IMG/VR virus record: IMGVR_UViG_2875207988_000001
Coordinates: 1 to 50,138 of that record
Direction: 5' to 3' (one strand)
DNA from: an uncultured virus (IMG/VR IMGVR_UViG_2875207988_000001)
Taxonomy: Duplodnaviria; Heunggongvirae; Uroviricota; Caudoviricetes
DNA length: 50,138 bases
Part shown: positions 28,538-37,065 of the stretch, piece after piece
Position numbering within the stretch: the first letter of the stretch is position 1
Layout: each line of letters opens with the position of its first letter
Made by a program: the position numbers and the translations under genes
The notes under the pieces: model-generated
What the model was told of the DNA's origin: nothing
The model's database searches: none
Seen by the model: only the letters and a program-made list of their open reading frames with translations

Positions 28538-29296
28538 CTATCTATACTTCCCTTCAGTCAATTTAGCTATTCCTGCTTTGACTGCTTCAATGAGCCCATC
28601 CTTTTCACCTGAACTAGTAACAACTTCCGGTAGCATTTTATAGAGCAACTCTAGCGCTTTTAGTCTGTCGTCAAGCTTAATCTCGGGACCGTTTTGACCA
28701 ATATGAACTTCTTTGATCAGACGGGTATCTACATTACTATCTTCATTGAAATACGTGTAGGAATGCCGATATTCATTACCGTCATCATCAATTCGTTTCT
28801 CGCTGCCAAAATGAACGTAATCCCCCAGATCAGCAAACGCCGTCTCCAACAGTTTTCTAGTAACATCTAGTTGCGTTGCATGCAGCTGTTCCTCATTAAG
28901 TTTCTTGAGTCGATCTAACTCTTTTTTTATGTTAGGTTTTGTTAGGAAAACACTACCTTGAGTTCGGGACGTTTCCCAACTTGAACCATACACTTTATGA
29001 TACGCCCAGGTGGCATTAAAACGCTGCATATAGTAGGCACAGAATAGCCTTTGCTTATCTGTTAAATCTCCAGTTTCAGCATCAATTCGTAGCAATTCAT
29101 TCGTTGCAACAGCGTTGCGTTGTGTTGCAATACTGTTGCGTTTATCTGACACCAATTTTTGGCTACGAGTCCATTCTTCACGGTTTTTTCGTGAGCGTAA
29201 TGTTGTCGGTTTAACCCCATACTGAATTGCAAGCTCTTTAGCTGACTTGCTGGACGTTTCATAGTCCTTCCTTATTTTCTTCCAATCGACGTCCAT
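28538..29296 (-). CDS. terS: Terminase small subunit
   Basis: N-terminal HTH, LTDKQRLFC.YY...NAT.AY, KL.D.LKALE.L. Confidence 0.9.
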   Translation of the reverse strand: MDVDWKKIRKDYETSSKSAKELAIQYGVKPTTLRSRKNREEWTRSQKLVSDKRNSIATQRNAVATNELLRIDAETGDLTDKQRLFCAYYMQRFNATWAYHKVYGSSWETSRTQGSVFLTKPNIKKELDRLKKLNEEQLHATQLDVTRKLLETAFADLGDYVHFGSEKRIDDDGNEYRHSYTYFNEDSNVDTRLIKEVHIGQNGPEIKLDDRLKALELLYKMLPEVVTSSGEKDGLIEAVKAGIAKLTEGKYR

Positions 29297-29330
29297 TACA
29301 TATCACCACACCCAATCCTAATTTGATTAT

Positions 29331-29588
29331 TTATGTTTCATTCATATATGGGGCTTCAATCTCAATGCCAGCATTTTTGCAAGCCATAAAGAACGCTTGA
29401 TCATCACTAAAACCCGCACTCAATGCTTGTTGATACTGATAGGCAGCAATGGTTGTACTGTTATCGACTGATGTAGCAGCGGTTCCATCCTCGATTTCAC
29501 GTTTAACGGTTTCATTGCGAACTGAATCCTGATTTACCAGTTCCTGAATCTTTTCAGCATATTGCTTTATAAATTCTGTTTTATTCAT
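29331..29588 (-). CDS. Hypothetical protein
   Basis: AAGGAG RBS; ORF. Confidence 0.6.
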   Translation of the reverse strand: MNKTEFIKQYAEKIQELVNQDSVRNETVKREIEDGTAATSVDNSTTIAAYQYQQALSAGFSDDQAFFMACKNAGIEIEAPYMNET

Positions 29589-29625
29589 ATGTGACAACTC
29601 CTTAATCCATAAATACACAGGCCAC

Positions 29626-29937
29626 CTAGATACCTAAACTAACCAACCAAAGAATAACCATAAACACTGAATCAACTATGATTGCTATGATTCCATGCTT
29701 TAAAGTATCAAACGAATCAACACCGATACTGGAATTTTTCTGGAACAAAGCTGTCCACATGGTCGAGATTCCCGTAGCGCCCCAATAGTTCAACACAGGC
29801 AGCTTAAAAATTGGCACAATTACCCAACTCCAGGCCATCATCAAATATAATCCGCTAATAAGAATTGAAACAATCGCTAAGCCAATCGTCATGATCGATA
29901 CTAGGCATCCTGCTGTATCTACTTTTCTATTTTTCAT
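29626..29937 (-). CDS. Hypothetical membrane protein
   Basis: Three hydrophobic segments; AAGGAGG RBS. Confidence 0.7.
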   Translation of the reverse strand: MKNRKVDTAGCLVSIMTIGLAIVSILISGLYLMMAWSWVIVPIFKLPVLNYWGATGISTMWTALFQKNSSIGVDSFDTLKHGIIAIIVDSVFMVILWLVSLGI

Positions 29938-29949
29938 AGTTCCTCCTTG

Positions 29950-30189
29950 TTATACAAACGTGTCCTGGATAAACTTTTCAGCAAACAAATTTTTCCGTTG
30001 TTTTTCGGTCAGTTCATTTGTTGGCGTCTGACTTAGTTGGGCATAAAAATCACCATAGGCATCCCTTTCCAGCCCTGTGACGTAACAGGGAGGTCCTTCA
30101 TATTCTATTTCTTGGTTATACGAATAAGCCCATGAAAATTGAACTGCGTTTTCTGGATTAAGCTTAACTGTGATGCGCATTGCTATCAT
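29950..30189 (-). CDS. Hypothetical protein
   Basis: ORF in phage late orientation. Confidence 0.5.
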   Translation of the reverse strand: MIAMRITVKLNPENAVQFSWAYSYNQEIEYEGPPCYVTGLERDAYGDFYAQLSQTPTNELTEKQRKNLFAEKFIQDTFV

Positions 30190-30377
30190 CCTTTACTTTT
30201 GTGATTTCACCTACAGAAAAAGCACCACTCTTTTGCGAGTGACGCTTGATTCAAAATCTGAAAATTTAAATTTATAAGTGTCATTTACACTATCTCTTGC
30301 AGGATCTCCTTATTAGACAAGCAAATTAAAATGTGGAATAATACTGTTGTAACAAATACATTATGGGAGGTTATATT

Positions 30378-30593
30378 ATGAGTCTAGATGACAAGATTGA
30401 TAGCACCAAAGATAAGGTAAGTGGAAAAGCTAAAGAAGTTGAAGGCAAGGTTACGAACGACAAGGCCCGTGAAGCTGAAGGTAAGGGTCAAGGTATTCTA
30501 GGTAAGGCTAAAGATAAACTGTCAGATGCTAAAGATGCTGTTAAAGATACGGTTGATGACGTAAAGGAAAAGTTAGATAAAGACGATAAATAA
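30378..30593 (+). CDS. csbD: CsbD-family stress protein (moron)
   Basis: KDKVSGKAKEVEGKVT.D...EAEGK.Q...GK.K motif; own RBS and terminator. Confidence 0.9.
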   Translation: MSLDDKIDSTKDKVSGKAKEVEGKVTNDKAREAEGKGQGILGKAKDKLSDAKDAVKDTVDDVKEKLDKDDK

Positions 30594-30606
30594 ATTATCA
30601 TTTTTA

Positions 30607-30638
30607 AGAAGACCAAAATCTGGTCTTCTTTTATTTTT
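30607..30638 (+). terminator. Intrinsic terminator after csbD
   Basis: AAGAAGACCA-aaatc-TGGTCTTCTT plus T-rich tail. Confidence 0.75.
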
Positions 30639-30807
30639 TCACGCTTGTTACCCTGTTTTTTCTCCACACTGTAATACGCGGCTTATGTGGTCGCTGCGGC
30701 TTTTTACGTTGCCACCGTCCATCTTTAAGCTGTCGCTCTAACTCGCCCAAGCAACGCGCCTCTGTATGGCTGACAAGGCCAAATTTTGTATTTACCATCT
30801 GGCCCAT
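30631..30807 (-). CDS. Hypothetical basic phage protein
   Basis: AGGAGGTGG RBS; MGQMVNTKFGLVS. Confidence 0.55.
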   Translation of the reverse strand: MGQMVNTKFGLVSHTEARCLGELERQLKDGRWQRKKPQRPHKPRITVWRKNRVTSVKK

Positions 30808-30877
30808 GCTGGCCACCTCCTACTGTAATAGTGATATAATTTAGTTGTATAAATTATTAATAAAGGGGCAAATGGTT

Positions 30878-31324
30878 ATGTATAAAAATATCCTTGTACC
30901 TGTAGATGGTTCAGAAAACTCTCAGCGTGCTTTAAAACATGCAATTGAATTGGCAAAGTTAAGCGGTAGTAAACTCATCCTAGCGCATGTTATCGACATG
31001 AATGGTGTCTTCAACTATCCACAAGCTACCACATCTAGTGCGGTTAAAGATCTGGTTTCTAACTTTCAAAAACAAAGTAGCATTATTTTAAATCACGCCA
31101 AGAATCAAGCAATGGATCTAGGCATTGATGCAACGACCATTCAAGCTTCGGGATCTGTTAAGGAACAAATTGCTACAACGATTCCTAACGAATATGATAT
31201 TGATTTAATTGTCATTGGTAAAACAGGACGCGATGCCCTTTCACGTCTAGTCTTAGGTTCTACAACTGCCTACGTTGTACGTAAGGCTAAAGCTAACGTG
31301 ACTGTAGTAAACATGGATGATTAG
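30878..31324 (+). CDS. Universal stress protein (moron)
   Basis: YKNILVPVDGSENS..AL..A, DLIVIGKTG.....LGST...V motifs; TGATATAAT extended -10 at 30832-30840. Confidence 0.93.
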   Translation: MYKNILVPVDGSENSQRALKHAIELAKLSGSKLILAHVIDMNGVFNYPQATTSSAVKDLVSNFQKQSSIILNHAKNQAMDLGIDATTIQASGSVKEQIATTIPNEYDIDLIVIGKTGRDALSRLVLGSTTAYVVRKAKANVTVVNMDD

Positions 31325-31331
31325 GTACCCA

Positions 31332-31360
31332 AGACTGGCTTTGGCTAGTCTTTTTATTTG
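31332..31360 (+). terminator. Intrinsic terminator after usp
   Basis: AGACTGGC-tttg-GCTAGTCT plus T run. Confidence 0.7.
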
Positions 31361-31933
31361 GGGCAAAATAAAAACGCCATGCTTTTAGCACGACGCTTGT
31401 ATTTCTTCCTATCCACTAGTTATTACTGTATCAATTCAAGCACAACTGCTGAAATAACAATCACAGCGACAAACATTAGAGTCTCTAGCTTATCTCGTGT
31501 CATTAGGCACATCTTCTCTCTATTCTGGCTCACTGATCAATTAACTTCAAAACAGTTATGTATGGCCGCCTCGTTGGAAAGACGGCCAACTGTATGAAAG
31601 CCAGCGATGCAATGCTGACTCATATCACTAGCGTTATCAAGTTGTCTTCGCAACGCTAGTAAATGCGAATGGAGTTACATACTAGGTCGAACTTTGGGGG
31701 TACTTCCTAGTACAACTATATTGTAAGCGCTATTTAAACTGAAGGGTTAAATAACGCTTGTGAAATGTGCTTGGCAGTATTTAAGACCCGCACTAACACT
31801 ATTATGAATCCTATACATTTTCTGCTTTGAACGGCACATACGTCTACCAAGAAAACTACGTTCAAAATTTGGTTCATGCCGGCCACCTCCTATTTTTGGG
31901 CAAAATAAAAACGCCCGAAGGACGTTAATTAAA

Positions 31934-32466
31934 TTAAGTGCTGGTCTTTCTTTTACTTTTTGGCTCTTCAAATAAAGCAATCTTCACAATGTAATCGACG
32001 CTATAAAATACTTCCCATAACGAAATCAGTAACAACCATGTCCAAAAAACAATCAATGGCAGTTTGATATAAAGATTTGTTCCGGATGGTACAAAATCAA
32101 TCATAACAGTAATTGCAACGAAAAAAACGTCCTTCATAAATGCATTTCTTAAATAGCTCATTAAATACTTAAAAGCATCAAATTTGTTTTCTTCAGTCGT
32201 ATGATTGCTATACGTTGAGAATAGTTTTAATTTTTCAAAAAAAGACTGGACTGCATTGAAATAAGTAACCCAATAAAAACACCTAGAATTCCAAGGATTA
32301 TGGAGGAAACTGTTAGAATGTCTGCAGTAGATAAACGCATACTTTTTACTAATCCCTTGATATATACTATCCCAAATAGAATAGAAAAGAAAAGTGCCAC
32401 AAAGTATCTCCATCTGTTAATGAAATCTATCAGTCTACTCTTGAAAGATACTTTTATATTAGCCAT
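31934..32466 (-). pseudogene. Four-TM membrane protein split by a frameshift at a T7 tract (32237-32243)
   Basis: N half MANIKV...MQSSLFLKN* continues in the -1 frame as FFEKLK...; GGAGG RBS. Confidence 0.7.
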
Positions 32467-32485
32467 CCTTTTTCCTCCTTCCTTG

Positions 32486-33505
32486 CTAAACTCTAGGAGC
32501 TGCGATCCTAGCTCTTTGTTGAAAATGCTGCTCTTCATTCAGATAGTTGTCTTCAATGAAATTTGTATATATATATTCTGCTCCCAAAGTAGATCTGCCT
32601 TCATCAACCAAATGAATATACGATCTCAACTTAGGCAATAATATATCCACATTCTCCAATGGGTCATCAACAGTTTGTCTTGCTTTAACACTCAATTGAG
32701 CTGGTGCTTCACCTGTATCTGTTAATTCATTTAAGCGTTCAATATCCCCAATTAAGTTCCTAGTTTCAACATTATCCAGAGTTCTATCTTTTTGGGTATA
32801 AGCTAACCCAATTTGCACATGAAATGTTACACCGTTGATCGAACTAGCTAATTCTAAAGCAGAATTTAATGTGTTTGAATTAATTTCAGTTCTAGTCAAT
32901 GCTTGAATATCCGATGATCTTACATCAATACTACGATAAATTCCACTATCACCTACATGTCGTAACGCTTCATCATCTGGTATAATCTCCAAATCCACAA
33001 TTCCTGGATTATCGGCATTTATAGGTTCATTAATCGCACGTTTCCACGCTAATCTCATAGCAGATAGAGCCAATTCAACTTGTTTTTGAGACAACCCGAA
33101 AAAGTTACTCTGAACTATAGTCCTTTGGTTAACTGGATCAAATACCAATAGGTTAAACTCTCCTAAAAACTGATTATCATTCAGGGAAACATCTTCACTA
33201 TCGCCACCGCGAGTTGCAATTGCTGGCAAGTTGCTTGAACGTAACTTTTTAAGTCTGATATAGTACAGATTATTTTGTTCATCGTATCTGGAATCTTCAA
33301 ATCTCCATTCCAAATCACCGAATTCTTGATTCTGCAGTGGTACCGCCATCGCTGGTCTATCTTCGCTTGGATTTACTTTAGTATTCAAAATCCAATCACA
33401 AAATGGTCTCATATCCCAATATTCTGGAATTCCATCATGTGTATCATCCTCTATATACTTTAAAGTAGGAAAATAATAGTTAAATCTAATTGATAGTTTT
33501 GCCAT
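32486..33505 (-). CDS. DUF6731-like cytoplasmic protein (moron, candidate exclusion/Abi component)
   Basis: KLR..N.P......E...L.....GEF...FD......VQSN..GL pattern; low GC; own promoter. Confidence 0.6.
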   Translation of the reverse strand: MAKLSIRFNYYFPTLKYIEDDTHDGIPEYWDMRPFCDWILNTKVNPSEDRPAMAVPLQNQEFGDLEWRFEDSRYDEQNNLYYIRLKKLRSSNLPAIATRGGDSEDVSLNDNQFLGEFNLLVFDPVNQRTIVQSNFFGLSQKQVELALSAMRLAWKRAINEPINADNPGIVDLEIIPDDEALRHVGDSGIYRSIDVRSSDIQALTRTEINSNTLNSALELASSINGVTFHVQIGLAYTQKDRTLDNVETRNLIGDIERLNELTDTGEAPAQLSVKARQTVDDPLENVDILLPKLRSYIHLVDEGRSTLGAEYIYTNFIEDNYLNEEQHFQQRARIAAPRV

Positions 33506-33812
33506 AAAAATCATCTCCAAAATTATTTAGTCTGTCATCATTATTTAACAACAAAATTAGCGACCAATCAACTTTGTGAATGGCCGCCAGACAAATTAAA
33601 TATTGGATATGGCAACATATTATACGAACGTACGTTTTAAATCAAGTATTTTGATTTCTCACACCCCTCACCTCAATCGTATGTACAAATAAAGAGCCGC
33701 TCTACCACAGACGGCTCCTCAGACTAATTTCAAACTAAACTGAGAGAAGCTTTCACCTCTTTTCAGTTTAATTTGTATGACCCAGCGTTAAGCAAGATTT
33801 GTTTAGGGCCAA

Positions 33813-33920
33813 TGTGCTTGGCAGGGATTTGCACCCTACATGGTGTGTGGTCACATGGGTTGTCAACCCACGCCCGTTACTCGCACCTAGCTAAGCGTCT
33901 ACCTATTCCGTCACAAGCGC
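33813..33920 (-). ncRNA. tRNA-Leu-like scaffold with non-canonical expanded anticodon region
   Basis: GCGCTTG TGACGGAATAGGTAGACGC ... GTAGG GTGCAAAT CCCTGC CAAGCAC A. Confidence 0.55.
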
Positions 33921-34063
33921 ACGATGAGTTTTCGGTCATCATCAGGACTAACGCTAGGTTACAAGGCCACCCGCGGGGCAATTGGTGTGAAATCTAACCA
34001 ATTATCAACAGGACTATTCCAATCGTATCGTCTATACTAATACTGAAGAAAGGAGGTGAAAAT

Positions 34064-34273
34064 ATGAATTTAATTTCTGTTGTCTCTAGTGACTTATCAG
34101 CCGTTGGCTATGAGCCAAGTACCCAACAACTAGAGATTGTATTTCACAGTGGCGGTGTTTATCTATATAGCGGTGTGTCACCTAGTGAATACCAAGGCCT
34201 AATGAGTGCTGGCTCAAAGGGACGGTATTTTCACGCGTTTATCAAGCCCCACCCCTATACAAGAATAGGCTAA
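34064..34273 (+). CDS. KTSC domain protein
   Basis: V.SS.L.AVGY......LEI.F.SG..Y.Y.GV....Y..LM.A.SKG.YF. Confidence 0.92.
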   Translation: MNLISVVSSDLSAVGYEPSTQQLEIVFHSGGVYLYSGVSPSEYQGLMSAGSKGRYFHAFIKPHPYTRIG

Positions 34274-34437
34274 TCCATATTTACAATAATCACTGCCGGG
34301 CCATCAAAGCTAAAGGTGTTTTGATTTCCAACAGTGATTTTTGCTTTGTCCTCAAACTTTAAATTGATAGTTTGAATACCCAATCGCGACTGTAACTCAT
34401 CTGAAAGCTGTTTAGTTGTCACTTGTGTCAAATCCAT
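34270..34437 (-). CDS. Small phage protein, BC1881-like (55 aa, MDLTQVTTKQLSDELQSRLGI...GPAVIIVNMD)
   Basis: Hand-translated; GAGGAG RBS; T.QL..EL..R.G and GPA.I.VN.D motif. Confidence 0.7.
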   Translation of the reverse strand: MDLTQVTTKQLSDELQSRLGIQTINLKFEDKAKITVGNQNTFSFDGPAVIIVNMD

Positions 34438-34516
34438 ATTCGCCACTCCTCTATGATCATAAAGTTAATGTAATCTGTTGAATCCAAACCAACGTCTCCA
34501 CAATTACGGCGTTCTA

Positions 34517-34600
34517 TGTGATTGGCGTGGAATCGAACCACACACGGGATTCAAATTCAAGCCGCCCTCTTCTGGCAGGCCACCACCAGTTACAATCACA
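34517..34600 (-). ncRNA. Degenerate tRNA-like element
   Basis: TGTGATTG/CAATCACA acceptor-like stem and GTGTGG TTCGATT CCACGC T-arm; no canonical anticodon arm. Confidence 0.5.
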
Positions 34601-34662
34601 ATATGGGCGCTATAGCCTTGGATGAACGGGAGAGTCCATCTCCTTTAAGTTATTGCGCCCGA

Positions 34663-34736
34663 TGGACCTTGTAGGATTCGAACCTACTACCGAACGGTTA
34701 TGAGCCGTTTACTCTAGCCGACTGAGTTAAAGGTCC
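34663..34736 (-). tRNA. tRNA-Ile2 (CAT anticodon, lysidine type; may be called Met)
   Basis: GGACCTT acceptor, AACGG-CTCATAA-CCGTT anticodon arm, GGTTCGAATCC T-arm; body matches Firmicute tRNA-Ile2. Confidence 0.88.
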
Positions 34737-34813
34737 AAAAGACCGGTTATGCATGCCGGTCAATTTTATGCAGGAAGGTTACTATCACAGTGGTCAATCA
34801 TAAACCGCTGCTA

Positions 34814-34897
34814 TGCCGGTGGCGAGATTCGAACTCGCTGCCTAGTGGCCTTGTAGGCACGGATTTACGGTCCGCTAAGTCCAACTTATGCGCCGAC
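34814..34897 (-). tRNA. tRNA-Tyr-like (GTA), degenerate D-arm, long variable arm
   Basis: GCGGA-CCGTAAA-TCCGT anticodon arm, GCCTA..TAGGC variable arm, GCGAG TTCGAAT CTCGC T-arm. Confidence 0.55.
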
Positions 34898-34970
34898 GTG
34901 AAAGGGTTGTCCCTATCACTTATTTGATACTACCAATATACGGCCAAAACCTGCTCTAAAAATCCCATCT

Positions 34971-35468
34971 CTATCCCAAATTTGTACCAGAATTGTCCGG
35001 TTTACGTCGCAAGTAGTCCGTGAAGTCCAACTCGTCGTTGACGATGCCCTTACTCTCCAGCCGTCCGGTGAAGGCATAGTAGAACTCGATCATCGCCGAT
35101 TTCTTCCGCCGCGCAAATTGACTATGTCCCAAGTGAAGTGTCATCGCAATCTGCACGTCTAGGTCGTGTCTGACGAGCGACCGCCACACTACTAGACTTG
35201 CTACACTCGTGCAGTTCTGAAATGCTTCCATCGCGCTCTCAACGATAATTTGGCAGTCTGCCTGTTCCACCAGCTTACCGTCTCGGTCCTCGCTGACCCC
35301 TGGTGCCTTGGGCATGCCGTCATACTTCGGAGATTGCAAAGAAGCCATGCTCTTACCCGACTTCAAAACTAGTCGCATGAAGTATCGGCTAAAGAATCTC
35401 TTCACGCACTTGATCACTTCTTTATCGTTTGTTTCCTCGAAAAGTTCTGTTTGTCCTACTGCCATCAT
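34971..35468 (-). CDS. ArpU-family late transcriptional activator
   Basis: LQSPKYDGMPK and K.A..EF..AF motifs; at end of early operon. Confidence 0.85.
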   Translation of the reverse strand: MMAVGQTELFEETNDKEVIKCVKRFFSRYFMRLVLKSGKSMASLQSPKYDGMPKAPGVSEDRDGKLVEQADCQIIVESAMEAFQNCTSVASLVVWRSLVRHDLDVQIAMTLHLGHSQFARRKKSAMIEFYYAFTGRLESKGIVNDELDFTDYLRRKPDNSGTNLG

Positions 35469-35673
35469 GGTCTAACCCCCATCAAATAAGCGTTTGTGGT
35501 ATACTATGTGAGTGAGTTTACTTGATGGGGCTGCTGGCGGGCGGCCCTTTTTTGCTGTCTAAATATTTTGTGATTGCTTTTCCAGCTCTAGCCCATGCTC
35601 ATAAACTGCATGGTTGAGTGCCACATCTACTGACTTTGCCTTTTGCACGTACTGCTCAACGCTTGTGACACGT

Positions 35674-36102
35674 TCATCGCCGCGTTTCATTGGCTGTCTC
35701 TCGTAGCTTCTTTCGCATGCAGCGCACCCAATCCTTGTCACGACCCATAACCCTAGCAATTCCTTGGTTGTTAGGCCTATTTATGTGGGAAACATTGTAT
35801 GCCAGCTGTATTAACTCATCCGGCGTGGCTTGAAAGTGCAGTTCACCATTATTTTTCATCTGTTTGCGTAAGCTTTGAATGTATCCAGAAGATTTTTGTT
35901 TATCTAACGTAATTTGAGTATTTGTATACCCATGACAAATCAAAAGACGTAATACCTCATTTGCTGGTGTATGTTCGTAATCATTAATTCGATTAGCCTT
36001 CGCATTAATCTTCTCAGTAACCTTTTCAGGCCAATTACTTGGCTTTCCATAATTATCTTCAGCGTCGTTAATTAAGTCCATTAGTTTTGAATTTCTCGCC
36101 AT
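35674..36102 (-). CDS. Hypothetical phage protein (possible HTH)
   Basis: GAAAGAGG RBS; IARVMGRDKDWV helix-turn-helix-like segment. Confidence 0.55.
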   Translation of the reverse strand: MARNSKLMDLINDAEDNYGKPSNWPEKVTEKINAKANRINDYEHTPANEVLRLLICHGYTNTQITLDKQKSSGYIQSLRKQMKNNGELHFQATPDELIQLAYNVSHINRPNNQGIARVMGRDKDWVRCMRKKLRETANETRR

Positions 36103-36265
36103 TTTAGTCAATCCTCTTTCCATTATTCACCTAAGAGTGTACCTTCGACCCTAAACCTTTCTATCAGCTTTAGCTCGTAATTGGCTCATCGCACGAGAAT
36201 CTGGGGCCAATAAAGTATTAATAATGAGGCTATTTTCAATTATTTGGCCTCTTTGTTCACGCCTC

Positions 36266-37054
36266 CTAATCTGTTAGTTTAAAAATCGGTATATCAGGAA
36301 CGTCACCGCCTCCTGATGGAACGGTGGTTCTGTTTTTCTCATAGTTCAAAGCATCAGAGACTGTCGTAATATCGTTTTTTACCCAGCAATTAATCACTTT
36401 TTCCAGATACTTAGGCACACCAGCCGGGCTAACGTTATTCTTAGCAAGATAGTCAAGGCTGTGGGTCAATAGATCGTCCCCCACTTCTTGCCGGTAGAGT
36501 TTAAGCTGAGAGGTCATGTCCTTGTTCGGGGTCGGCCAATGACTCACATACGTGCGCGTTGACTTAAATTGATTAAATCCATCCCTACTAGAACCTAATG
36601 AACTAGTCTTGTCTTTGTCTGAGTCTGAGTCTATGTCTAGATAAGGTGAAGTTTCTGGTGAAGAACTTGGTGAAGAAACTGGTGAAGAACTTAGTCCTGT
36701 TTCTAGTTCATTTATAGGACCAGAGATATTACTTGGTGAAGAACTTAGTTCATTTATAGGACTAGAAGCTTCACCAAAGGGTGTGATGACATAAATTCCT
36801 GCCCTAGTACGGCCTCGTGATTTATAAGAAATTCGCTTGGCCTGAATCAAAATATTGCGATTACTGATAAGGGTGTTTTTGGACGCTATGCCCGTTCGAG
36901 CCATTAGTACCGAATTAGGTATGGACAATTCCTTTTTCCAACCGCTCTCGTTAGCGATCATCATAAGATGGAACCACAAAACTTGAGCATTGGGTTTCAA
37001 GGGATTAGTTTCGAGAAAATTGCGGAACGCTTTTAGCTCAACAAACAAATTCAA
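36266..37054 (-). CDS. Replication initiator (N-terminal wHTH, C-terminal DnaD-like domain)
   Basis: LW.HLM.IAN..GW......N..L...TG.....L...RN.L.Q; YL.KV...W....I.T; internal iterons. Confidence 0.85.
   Translation of the reverse strand: MNLFVELKAFRNFLETNPLKPNAQVLWFHLMMIANESGWKKELSIPNSVLMARTGIASKNTLISNRNILIQAKRISYKSRGRTRAGIYVITPFGEASSPINELSSSPSNISGPINELETGLSSSPVSSPSSSPETSPYLDIDSDSDKDKTSSLGSSRDGFNQFKSTRTYVSHWPTPNKDMTSQLKLYRQEVGDDLLTHSLDYLAKNNVSPAGVPKYLEKVINCWVKNDITTVSDALNYEKNRTTVPSGGGDVPDIPIFKLTD
36645..36762. repeat. Iterons / putative replication origin within initiator gene
   Basis: GGTGAAG x5 (36645, 36657, 36669, 36681, 36735) and TAGTTCATTTATAGGAC x2 (36704, 36746). Confidence 0.75.
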
Positions 37055-37065
37055 ACCAGCACCCC

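Noticed and set aside
34663..34736. Calling the CAT tRNAs tRNA-Met
   Set aside because: The GGACCTT acceptor and body match Firmicute tRNA-Ile2; initiator features (unpaired C1-A72, three G-C anticodon pairs) are absent
33520..34970. GOLLD or ROOL large ncRNA (known near tRNAs in lactobacillus prophages)
   Set aside because: The interval is broken by two protein genes and I cannot match the sequence from memory; an Infernal search is needed
36645..36762. CRISPR-like array
   Set aside because: Repeats are short, irregular and inside the initiator gene; they fit iterons and no cas genes are present
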